Assembly (NCBI GenBank): GCA_964459095.1 | Contig: CAYWKL010000003.1 | Location: forward strand, 1-48,674 | Origin: an uncultured Gammaproteobacteria bacterium | GTDB lineage: Bacteria; Patescibacteriota; Microgenomatia; Daviesbacterales; UBA10151 | DNA: 48,674 nucleotides | Reading direction: 5' to 3' | Part shown: positions 9,755 to 18,228 of the stretch, piece after piece | How the letters are laid out: every line of letters starts with the position of its first letter | Numbering within the stretch: position 1 is the first letter of the stretch | Position numbers and translations under genes: made by a program | Notes under the pieces: generated by a model | Databases searched by the model: none | Told to the model about the DNA's origin: nothing | The model's input: only the letters and a program-made list of their open reading frames with translations

Positions 9755-9805
9755 ATAAAACGAGGACTTTTCAAAATTTGGAGATTATATGGGTAAATTT
9801 TACAT

Positions 9806-10948
9806 ATGGTAAAAAAAGATTACGAGTTAAGTGACAATTTAATACGCACTTGGTCTACTAATGTTCCTAAAGAGGCTATAACAGAAGTAAGCAAAGTATT
9901 ACGTTCAAAATGGATCAATACCGGCAAAAAAGAAAAGGAACTAAGAGAAAAAGCAAAACGTAAATGGAAACTCCCCTTTTGCGTTGCGGTGAACAACGGC
10001 ACGGCAGCACTTAGAACTTCTCTGGCAATGCTAAATATTGGACCAGGTGACGAGGTAATTTCAACCCCATTTACCTTTATAGCCACAAATACGGCTATTT
10101 TGGAACAAGGAGGAAAGCCAGTTTTTGCCGACATTAATTATGATGATTTGAATATAAATGTAGAGAGTATTGAAAATAAAATTACCCCCAAAACAAAAGC
10201 AATTATGGTGGTTCACTACGGTGGTAATCCTGTTGATTTAGATGAGATAAGAAAAGTCGGAAGAAAATATGGTTTACCTGTTATAGAAGACGCTGCACAT
10301 GCATTAGGAAGCATGTATAAAGGAGAATTTATTGGCCAGAGGGGAGAGTTAGTTTGTTTTTCTCTCCAAGTAGTTAAAATTATTACCTCAGGAGATGGTG
10401 GTTTAATATCAACTAACAATAAAAAACATTATGAAAAATTAAAAAAACTGATTTGGTATGGTATTGATAGAGATGCAAAAAAAACTAATTTAATAGATCC
10501 ATTGCCAAGAAGTTTTAAAGGTAATGAATTGGGTTTTAAATACAATATGAATGACATAATTGCAAGTTTGGCAAGTGTTGGGATTGATCATTTTGATAAA
10601 GCTTTTAAAAGAAGAAAAGAAATAGGGGAAAGGTATAGAGAAGAACTTGAAGGATTAAAAAAATTAAAACTTTTGAAATATCATAAGGATAGAATTCCAA
10701 ATTATCAAATATTTCCGGTTCATGTTGAAGATAGATTTGAGTTTGCAAAAAAACTTCGTAAATTTAATATAATGGTTAACATTAATAACCGAAGAAATGA
10801 TATATATCCTATATTCGGAGGTAAAAGAGATGATTTACCTAATACAGAAAAAGCGGACAAAGATGTTATTTTGCTTCCTATACACGCAGATCTAACTGAA
10901 GAACAATTAAGTTACACAATAAAGAAAATAAAAGAAGCCTGTTATTAA
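9806..10948 (+). CDS. DegT/DnrJ/EryC1/StrS PLP-dependent nucleotide-sugar aminotransferase
   Basis: NNGTAAL, GPGDEVI, VHYGG, IEDAAHALG, FSLQVVKIITSGDGG (PLP Lys), GFKYNM. Confidence 0.92.
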   Translation: MVKKDYELSDNLIRTWSTNVPKEAITEVSKVLRSKWINTGKKEKELREKAKRKWKLPFCVAVNNGTAALRTSLAMLNIGPGDEVISTPFTFIATNTAILEQGGKPVFADINYDDLNINVESIENKITPKTKAIMVVHYGGNPVDLDEIRKVGRKYGLPVIEDAAHALGSMYKGEFIGQRGELVCFSLQVVKIITSGDGGLISTNNKKHYEKLKKLIWYGIDRDAKKTNLIDPLPRSFKGNELGFKYNMNDIIASLASVGIDHFDKAFKRRKEIGERYREELEGLKKLKLLKYHKDRIPNYQIFPVHVEDRFEFAKKLRKFNIMVNINNRRNDIYPIFGGKRDDLPNTEKADKDVILLPIHADLTEEQLSYTIKKIKEACY

Positions 10949-10969
10949 AGGATTCTGCATTAAAGGGAA

Positions 10970-12331
10970 ATGGAAAATCCAAATATAGTTTTAATCACTT
11001 TAGATTCACTACGAGCAGATTTTGTCGGATCCCAAAATCATAATGAGAAAAATACACCTTTTTTAGATTCATTTGCACAAACCTCCTATGTTTATTTAAA
11101 TGCAATTGCCCCAGGGATTCCAACCTACTTTTATTTCCCGTCAGTCATGACTGGGACTTTGCCCTTCACATATGGAAAATATCTTGGAATCCCAGATACA
11201 AAAGAAACAGTAACCATAGCGCAAGTATTAAAAGGAAAAGGGTACTCAACCTCAGCTATACTTGCTGATAATCCAACGCTATATTCCATATACAATTATC
11301 ATAAAGGATTTGATCACTACGATGATGGGTATGCTGATCTAAACAGTGTAAATAAATTTAAGATTTCTTTAAATAACACCCTTTGGAAGCTTAGAGGCTC
11401 TATCCCTGAACTCCCCTTAAGATTAATAGATATTGCACGTCCCTATTTAAAAAGACTAATTTTAGGAAAGCAACAATTTACTAGACCTGGAAGGACAATT
11501 AATGAAAAAGCGATGAGTTTACTTAACAGACAAAAAAGGAAACCATTTTTTTTGTGGCTTCATTATATGGATACGCATGTTCCATATTACAGCGGATTAA
11601 ATAGTAGGCATTTTTTTAAAAAAAGCACTCTTTTACAAAGAAAGATAAAAAAAGCAATCTTTTTTAAAGAACTTAAAACAAGTATAAGGAAACTAAAAAT
11701 TGAAAACGAAACGGTTAATGAAATTTTTCTGGAAGCATATAGAAGTTCGGTGAAATATATTGACGAGATCCTTAAAGAACTAGTTATGTGGTTTCAAATA
11801 AAATATCCTAATACAGCTTTCATTATTACTTCAGATCATGGCGAGGCATTTATGGAGCACAAAATGTATTGTCACGCGCCCTTTAATCTTTATGATGAGC
11901 TGATAAAGATACCACTTCTTATTCATCTTCCATCAGGCAGGCATAAAAAAATAAAAAAAACAGTCTCCACCTTAAGTATTCCTAAAACTATTTGCTCACT
12001 ACTTGGTATCAAAGAAAGCACCTTTTTAGGAACAGATATTATAAGAAATAATAAAGATTCAAACTATGATCATTTAACCAGAGTCCTTTTTAAGTGTAGG
12101 AGTCCACATGTCAAATTAGGTATTTTAGATAATAAAACACAAATTAGGGGATTTAATGAGTTATGGAGCTATACATCTCCCGAATATAAATATATTCTTG
12201 AAAGCAATGGGAAAAAAGAAGAGTTTTTTGATTTAAAAAAAGATCCTTTTGAGAAAACAAATATTAGACTAAAAAAGAAAACTCAGATAAAGGATTTTAA
12301 AAAGATATTTGTCAAATACGGAATGGATTAA
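10970..12331 (+). CDS. Sulfatase-like alkaline-phosphatase-superfamily hydrolase/transferase
   Basis: NIVLITLDSLRAD, PTYFYFPSVMTG, WLHYMDTHVPY, TSDHGEAF, LYDELIKIPL, FDLKKDPFE. Confidence 0.85.
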   Translation: MENPNIVLITLDSLRADFVGSQNHNEKNTPFLDSFAQTSYVYLNAIAPGIPTYFYFPSVMTGTLPFTYGKYLGIPDTKETVTIAQVLKGKGYSTSAILADNPTLYSIYNYHKGFDHYDDGYADLNSVNKFKISLNNTLWKLRGSIPELPLRLIDIARPYLKRLILGKQQFTRPGRTINEKAMSLLNRQKRKPFFLWLHYMDTHVPYYSGLNSRHFFKKSTLLQRKIKKAIFFKELKTSIRKLKIENETVNEIFLEAYRSSVKYIDEILKELVMWFQIKYPNTAFIITSDHGEAFMEHKMYCHAPFNLYDELIKIPLLIHLPSGRHKKIKKTVSTLSIPKTICSLLGIKESTFLGTDIIRNNKDSNYDHLTRVLFKCRSPHVKLGILDNKTQIRGFNELWSYTSPEYKYILESNGKKEEFFDLKKDPFEKTNIRLKKKTQIKDFKKIFVKYGMD

Positions 12332-12334
12332 TTT

Positions 12335-13138
12335 ATGATCAGCGACCTAATTATCAAATTTAAAATAAAGAAGAGTTTAAAAATTATTAAAAAAGCATAC
12401 AAAAAATATAACTTTGAAAATATTGCTCTCGCTTGGACAGGAGGAAAAGATAGCACTTTGCTTTTGTGGCTCATTAGAAACTTAAAATTGATGGATAATT
12501 TCTCACTCCCGAAAATAATATTTATTAATGAGGGAGATGTTTTTAGTGAAGTAGAGGAATTTGTTAATCGAATGAGCAAAAAATGGGATTTTAGGTATGA
12601 AACTGTACAAAATACTGATATTCTAAGGCAAGTAAAAAAAATTGGTGATAGGGTATTAGTTTCAAAACTAAGTAAAAAAAATAAACAGGAGCTTAAGAAG
12701 CTAGGTTTTTCTGGAAAATCATTTCCATTTGAACCGGAGTCGTTGATAGGTAATCATTTAATGAAGACAGTTCCAATGAATTTATTTTTAGAAAAAAATG
12801 ATATTAAAGCATTAATGACAGGAATTAGGAAAGATGAACAAAGCGCAAGGGCTAATGAGACTTATTTTTCTCCAAGAAGAAACCCACCCCATATCAGGGT
12901 TCACCCTTTGCTTCATTTTTCAGAAAAAGAGATTTGGACTACGACTATAAAAAATAATATCCCTTATGTAAAGCTGTATCAAAAAGGATATCGCTCCCTC
13001 GGCGCACGTTCTTCTACCTTTAAAAAGTCAAACGTCCCAGCATGGCTGCAAGATTTGGGAAATACAAGTGAAAGAGAAGGAAGAAGACAGGATAAAGAAC
13101 AAATTATGGAGAAGTTGCGCAAACTTGGATATATGTGA
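12335..13138 (+). CDS. cysD: Sulfate adenylyltransferase subunit 2 (CysD)/PAPS-reductase family protein
   Basis: PP-loop WTGGKDS, GIRKDEQ..R..E.YFSPR, RVHPLLHF, GYRSLG. The C-terminus EREGRRQDKEQIMEKLRKLGYM is CysD-like, and there is no terminal ECG motif of CysH. Confidence 0.7.
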   Translation: MISDLIIKFKIKKSLKIIKKAYKKYNFENIALAWTGGKDSTLLLWLIRNLKLMDNFSLPKIIFINEGDVFSEVEEFVNRMSKKWDFRYETVQNTDILRQVKKIGDRVLVSKLSKKNKQELKKLGFSGKSFPFEPESLIGNHLMKTVPMNLFLEKNDIKALMTGIRKDEQSARANETYFSPRRNPPHIRVHPLLHFSEKEIWTTTIKNNIPYVKLYQKGYRSLGARSSTFKKSNVPAWLQDLGNTSEREGRRQDKEQIMEKLRKLGYM

Positions 13139-13142
13139 GATA

Positions 13143-13151
13143 TGATATGAT
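13143..13151 (+). promoter_or_regulatory. Putative internal extended -10 promoter (TGATATGAT)
   Basis: TGn-TATGAT in a 27-bp gap, 14 nt before ATG 13166. Confidence 0.45.
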
Positions 13152-13165
13152 TAGCTGCATTCTGC

Positions 13166-14317
13166 ATGGAACGCTTAAGAAAGATTATATATGTAAATTA
13201 TTCTCCATATGAGAATTCCGGAAAAATTCTAGATTTTTTATTGGAAAATTTTGAATATGTTTTTCTTTTTTCAATAAGATTCCACAGTTTAACAAATAAA
13301 AAGAAACCCTATCGTTTATATATCTTCCATAAAGGAGAACTAAAAAAAGAATATTATTTATTTAATTTTTCCATCCCAAAAAAGTTAGTTTTTTTATTCA
13401 TCCCCCTAAGGTCGATTATAAATTTTATACAGATTATTGTTTTTTTAATTTTCTTAAAAAATAAATATAAAAAAATTGATCTATTTTTCTCTGTCAATGC
13501 TTTTACAGCATGGATAGGAAATTTGGGGCGAGGTTTAGGATTAGTAGATAAGACAATATTTTGGGTTTGGGATTATTATCCTCCAATACATGAAAATAAA
13601 ATCATAATGCTAATGAGATATATTTACTGGCAGTTTGACAAAATCAGCTCTTTCTCTGATCGCGTAGTTTTAGTAAATAAAAGGTTGCTTGATTTAAGGA
13701 AAGATATAGGGATTTTTCCAGAAAATGCTAAGTATCCAATAGTCCCTATTGGTACTGACAAATTTGATATGGAGTTCAAAGAAAAAAAACAAATTGTGTT
13801 CGGCTTTATTGGAGTACTTAAAAAAAGCCATGGTTTTGGAATAATTTTTGAGAATTCAAAAAGTTTATTAAAAAAATTTAAAGTTATAAAATATGAAATT
13901 ATCGGTTCGGGTCCAGATGAGGAGTATTTTAAAGAAAAAGCAAAGAAATCTGGAATAAAATCGAAATTTTTTGGATATGTCGAAGGGAGTGAAGTTAGAG
14001 GTATTTTAAGCAAATGCTCAATTGGCATCGCAACATATATTCCAGATGAAAGCAGTGTCTCCCATTACGGAGATCCAGGAAAAATTAAACTTTATTTAAG
14101 TTTTGGAATTCCTGTAATAACAACAAATGTTCTTGAATTCTCCAAAGAGATAGAAAAGTCCAAATCTGGAATAATTGTTGACTATTTTAACGGTACAGAG
14201 TTTATTGGTGCGGTTGATGAAATAATGAAGAACTATCAAAAGTATTCTAAGAACGCCTTAAAGTTAGCTCAAAAGTATTATTATAAAAAAATCTACCCTG
14301 AGATATTCGAAATCTAA
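13166..14317 (+). CDS. Atypical GT4 (GT-B) glycosyltransferase
   Basis: FGFIGVLKKSHG, IIGSGPDE, GDPGKIKLYLSFGIPVITT. Confidence 0.75.
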   Translation: MERLRKIIYVNYSPYENSGKILDFLLENFEYVFLFSIRFHSLTNKKKPYRLYIFHKGELKKEYYLFNFSIPKKLVFLFIPLRSIINFIQIIVFLIFLKNKYKKIDLFFSVNAFTAWIGNLGRGLGLVDKTIFWVWDYYPPIHENKIIMLMRYIYWQFDKISSFSDRVVLVNKRLLDLRKDIGIFPENAKYPIVPIGTDKFDMEFKEKKQIVFGFIGVLKKSHGFGIIFENSKSLLKKFKVIKYEIIGSGPDEEYFKEKAKKSGIKSKFFGYVEGSEVRGILSKCSIGIATYIPDESSVSHYGDPGKIKLYLSFGIPVITTNVLEFSKEIEKSKSGIIVDYFNGTEFIGAVDEIMKNYQKYSKNALKLAQKYYYKKIYPEIFEI

Positions 14318-14321
14318 AATT

Positions 14322-14669
14322 ATGCAGCATTCTTCTGTTAAAGATTTATTTAAAGAGCAAATTAGACACTACTCGCGCGAGGATCAATCAACAAATTCTT
14401 ACTTAATAGATCTTATTTTAAGATGGATAGGAAGTAAAAAAAATCGCAAGCTCCTTAAAGTTTGCGAATTTGGGGGAGGGGCAGGACAACTTCTAAATAA
14501 AATACGAAAAAATTACCCTGGAGCGAGTTTTACAAATGCAGAAATAATTAATGAATATAGAAATTATTTAGTATCTAAAAAAATTAACAAGGTAAATACA
14601 AAATGGCATTTAAAACTATTACATCTCAATCAAGGTATAAAAAAAGTCACTTTAATAATTAGAAATTAA
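14322..14669 (+). pseudogene. Truncated class I SAM methyltransferase remnant
   Basis: Motif I (VCEFGGGAGQLL) and motif II region (FTNAEI) are present, but the ORF ends at 115 aa without later motifs, and the next gene starts 2 bp after the stop. Confidence 0.6.
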
Positions 14670-14671
14670 AA

Positions 14672-16396
14672 ATGAATTTAACAAACAAAATTTCATTTTG
14701 GGCCTTTCCACATTTACTAATCCTTTTAGTTGTACTGATAACATATAATGGATTAACAGAAACTTTTTATCAACAAGATGAATGGTGGGTCTTTGGCAAC
14801 GTTATTCTTTCCTCAAATGATGGCCTGCTTCATTTCTTAAAAAACACTCTCTATGAGGCTGGGAAAGTTCATGCAATTCCTATCTCAGCGTCAATTCCAT
14901 TTATAGAGTATAAATTGTTTGGATTTAATTTTGAGGCTTATGCAGCAGTTAGCATTATTAACCATCTAATTGTATCAATTCTGGTTTACATACTTGCATT
15001 AACTTTATTTAAAAACCGCTTTTTAGCGCTGCTTTCTGGCTTACTTTTTGCAGTTTATGGAATTTCTCATCAGGCAATTACTTGGGTGGCAGCAGTAAAT
15101 ACTCAAGTTGTTGTGATCTTTTCTCTTTCCTGTATAATTTTTTTCTTAAAGTATGTTCAAAAAGCAAATGGAAATAGGTATCTTTTTTTAAGCCTTCTAT
15201 TTTTATTCCTAGCACTTTTCTCAAACGAAAGTGCATTTTCACTTTTCTTGATTCTTCCTTTAATATGGTTAATCTACAAAGGCCTAAGCAGTAAAAAAAG
15301 TTTTTTTCGCTTATTAGTAAAACTATTTTTGCTAAGTACCTTGTATTTAGTAATCCGCCTTCCTATATGGCTTAACGCAAAAACAATAATTTTAGATCAA
15401 AATCAAGTTCTAACACAACCGGATATCGGGGTATTTTTTTATAGACTAGCTATGCTGCCATTTAGAGTACTCCCTCAAACTTTTATACCTCAACAGCCAC
15501 TTCTAGATTTATCAGAGTTAATATTAAAACCTGGATATCCGAATCTTTATTTCTCTTCTGTTTCTGGACAAATTAAAGAAACATTAGTTTTTGATCTTGT
15601 ATGTATTTTTTTATTTACTTTACTTACAAGTTTTTTCTTTATTTCATTTGAATTTTTTAAAAAACAAAAAAAAGACAATTTTTCAAAATCTTTAGTAGTT
15701 GCCTTTTTAATATTAGTTTTAAGCGGGATTATGCTTATTTTTATTCCGGGAAAAGCTGGCTATGTTTCTATTTTTGAAAAAAAGCACTTATATATGTCAA
15801 GTAGTGCTGCAGCGATCCTAATTGTATTAGGATTATACGTAATTGCTTCTTTTTTAGTTAGAAATAACTACTTTAGAAATTTTCTTATTCTAACTTTTTT
15901 CATTCCATTTTTTTTGTTTAATATCTTCAAAGTTCAAACAGATATAGAAGAGCTTAAAAAAATAGGGAGTTTAAGGAAATCGTTTTTAACTACAATTTAT
16001 CACGATTATCCAGACTTACCTAAAAGTGTGGTTTTTTATCTTCAAAGTGATACTTCTTACTATGGCATGCCTCCTGAAGAAAAAAACCTCCCCATTCAAA
16101 CTGGTTTTGGAAGGATGCTTTTAGTTTGGTATCAATCTTCTGAGGAGTTTCCTCCTTGCTTGTATGAGGGTTTATTCCTCCAACATATGACATCTCAGGG
16201 GTACAAGGAATGTGAAGATAGGGGATTTGGATATTTTAGGGATTATGATAAACTTGTCGCTCAAATTAAAGAGGCTAAACTGCCAGCAGAAAATGTAATA
16301 GCTTATTCTTGGAACGGGGGCAGCTTTGAGTTTAAAGATATCTCAGGGGACATTAGAAAAAAAGTCTTAGATGAGGCTAACAAAGATGAAAATTAA
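14672..16396 (+). CDS. Multi-TM GT-C-like membrane protein ('QQDEW' family), paralog of 18221-19876
   Basis: FYQQDEWW after TM1, many TM helices, soluble C-terminus SDTSYYGMP..LPIQTGFG..GFGYFRD. Confidence 0.7.
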   Translation: MNLTNKISFWAFPHLLILLVVLITYNGLTETFYQQDEWWVFGNVILSSNDGLLHFLKNTLYEAGKVHAIPISASIPFIEYKLFGFNFEAYAAVSIINHLIVSILVYILALTLFKNRFLALLSGLLFAVYGISHQAITWVAAVNTQVVVIFSLSCIIFFLKYVQKANGNRYLFLSLLFLFLALFSNESAFSLFLILPLIWLIYKGLSSKKSFFRLLVKLFLLSTLYLVIRLPIWLNAKTIILDQNQVLTQPDIGVFFYRLAMLPFRVLPQTFIPQQPLLDLSELILKPGYPNLYFSSVSGQIKETLVFDLVCIFLFTLLTSFFFISFEFFKKQKKDNFSKSLVVAFLILVLSGIMLIFIPGKAGYVSIFEKKHLYMSSSAAAILIVLGLYVIASFLVRNNYFRNFLILTFFIPFFLFNIFKVQTDIEELKKIGSLRKSFLTTIYHDYPDLPKSVVFYLQSDTSYYGMPPEEKNLPIQTGFGRMLLVWYQSSEEFPPCLYEGLFLQHMTSQGYKECEDRGFGYFRDYDKLVAQIKEAKLPAENVIAYSWNGGSFEFKDISGDIRKKVLDEANKDEN

Positions 16397-17321
16397 AAAT
16401 AAGAGAGTAGTTGTTACAGGGGGAGCAGGTTTTTTAGGTAAATATGTAGTGGAATCTCTTAAGAAATTTAAACCCACAAAAATTTTAGTTCCACATTCAT
16501 CAAATTTTGATTTAACCAAAAAAGAAGCATGTACGGCTATTGTTAAGAATGCAGACATAGTTATTCACTTAGCTGCTCAAGTGGGAGGAATTGAATTTAT
16601 TAATTCGCACGCGGGGGAAGTTTTTTATAATAACTTGATTATGGGAATACAGTTGATGGAAGAGTCACGAAAATCCGGTGTAAAGAAGTTTGTTAGTGTT
16701 GGAACAGTTTGCGCTTATCCAAAAGTTGTGGATATGCCTTTTAAAGAAGAAGACTTATGGGAAGGGTATCCAGAAAATACTACTGCTCCTTATGGATTGG
16801 CTAAAAAAATGCTAATTGTTCAGGGTGAAGCATATAGAAGGCAATATGGCTTTAATTCAATAAACTTAATTCCAGTTAATTTATATGGGCCCGGGGATAA
16901 TTTTGATAGAATATCCGGACATGTGATTCCATCTCTTATTAAAAAGGTAGTTGAAGCAAAAAAGAAAAAAAAAGAATTTGTGCAAGTTTGGGGAAGTGGC
17001 CTTGCGACAAGGGAATTTCTCTACGTTGAAGACGCTGCAGAAGGTATTCTATTGGCAACTGAAAAGTATGAAGGTATTGAACCGATTAATTTAGGAACAG
17101 GGAATGAAACTTCAATCAGAGAAGTTAGTGAACTAATTATGAAAATTGTAGGCTTCAAAGGTCAAATTATGTGGGATAAGAAAAAACCAGACGGGCAACC
17201 AAGAAGGAAATTAGATGTATCAAAAGCAAAGAAATTTGGCTTTATGGCTAAAACTAATTTAAAGGATGGTTTAGAAAAAACAATATACTGGTATTTAAGT
17301 ACTTTAAGTACTAAGATGTGA
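16386..17321 (+). CDS. fcl: GDP-L-fucose synthase (Fcl/WcaG)
   Basis: VTGGAGFLG, HLAAQVGGI, GTVCAYP, YGLAKK, NLYGPGDNF, GHVIPSLI, PDGQPRR. Second ATG at 16386 is the likely start. Confidence 0.85.
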   Translation: MKIKNKRVVVTGGAGFLGKYVVESLKKFKPTKILVPHSSNFDLTKKEACTAIVKNADIVIHLAAQVGGIEFINSHAGEVFYNNLIMGIQLMEESRKSGVKKFVSVGTVCAYPKVVDMPFKEEDLWEGYPENTTAPYGLAKKMLIVQGEAYRRQYGFNSINLIPVNLYGPGDNFDRISGHVIPSLIKKVVEAKKKKKEFVQVWGSGLATREFLYVEDAAEGILLATEKYEGIEPINLGTGNETSIREVSELIMKIVGFKGQIMWDKKKPDGQPRRKLDVSKAKKFGFMAKTNLKDGLEKTIYWYLSTLSTKM

Positions 17322-17352
17322 TTTTAGCCTCCTTTTTAACATTTTTTGCTTC

Positions 17353-17361
17353 TGCTATAAT
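17353..17361 (+). promoter_or_regulatory. Putative internal extended -10 promoter (TGCTATAAT)
   Basis: Perfect TGn-TATAAT in a 61-bp gap, 21 nt before ATG 17383. Confidence 0.65.
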
Positions 17362-17382
17362 CAAGCGAATCTATAAGTAAAA

Positions 17383-18228
17383 ATGAAAGCAGATCCTTTA
17401 GTCTCTGTTAATATCAGAACCTATAACTCAGCAAGGACATTAAGAGAGACTCTACAATCAGTTATAAATCAAACCTATCCTAATATAGAGATTGTTATTT
17501 CAGATGGTTATAGTAAGGATAAGAGTGTAAAAATAGCAAAGGAATTTAAGGGAAAAATAGGGTATTCTGATAATCTAGGTGATGCAAGATACCAGAATTA
17601 CAAAAAAAGTGAGGGAAAATACATAGTTTCACTTGATTCAGATCAAATTATGGATAAAAATTTGGTCAGATACTGTGTTATGGAGTGTGAAACTAACGGA
17701 GTAGATGCATTAATAATAGGAGAAAAGTCAATATCGAATAATGGTACTTATTTAGAAAAAGTTTTAGCTTATGATAAGTGGCTCATTGATAAGACTAAAG
17801 ATACTGATGTTGTTTTTGGTACAGCCTGCCCAAGATTTTTTAGAAAGGACTTACTTAAGGGGATTCGCTGGCCAAGGGGTTTGGGAATATTCGACGATAC
17901 TATTTTATACGCTCAGCTTTCTAAAAATGGGGCTGATATTGGATATATGTCAAAGCAGGCGATACGTCACAAAGAGGTTTCGAATTGGCTCACTTTGATA
18001 AGGAAATTTTTTCGATATGGCAAAAGTTACTCCCGAGCTTTTCAGGAAAACCCAACAACTATTGCCGCTCACTCGTTACCCAGAAAGTCATACTTTTCTA
18101 GTGCGGCTTTGGCTAAACCTGATTTGTTGCCTGGATTATTAATACTTTATGTAGTTAAAGCTTTCTCTGCAGTAGGAGGAGTATTATACTCCTTTATTGA
18201 AAAAGCTCTTAAAAATAATCGTGGTTAG
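17383..18228 (+). CDS. GT2 glycosyltransferase
   Basis: VSVNIRTYNS, SDGYSKD, SLDSDQ. Confidence 0.88.
   Translation: MKADPLVSVNIRTYNSARTLRETLQSVINQTYPNIEIVISDGYSKDKSVKIAKEFKGKIGYSDNLGDARYQNYKKSEGKYIVSLDSDQIMDKNLVRYCVMECETNGVDALIIGEKSISNNGTYLEKVLAYDKWLIDKTKDTDVVFGTACPRFFRKDLLKGIRWPRGLGIFDDTILYAQLSKNGADIGYMSKQAIRHKEVSNWLTLIRKFFRYGKSYSRAFQENPTTIAAHSLPRKSYFSSAALAKPDLLPGLLILYVVKAFSAVGGVLYSFIEKALKNNRG

Noticed and set aside
13100..13138. C-terminal LRKLGYM of the CysD-like protein as another terminal Tyr shuttle motif
   Set aside because: It aligns with the ordinary CysD C-terminus (KRQGYF-like), so it needs no special explanation.
17295..17312. 9-bp tandem TTAAGTACT x2 with internal AGTACT palindromes at the fcl 3' end
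   Set aside because: Short, coding and AT-rich; likely chance or a small slippage event.
17326..17333. AGGAGG strong SD on the minus strand in the 17322-17382 gap
   Set aside because: No start codon at suitable spacing and no credible antisense ORF follows.
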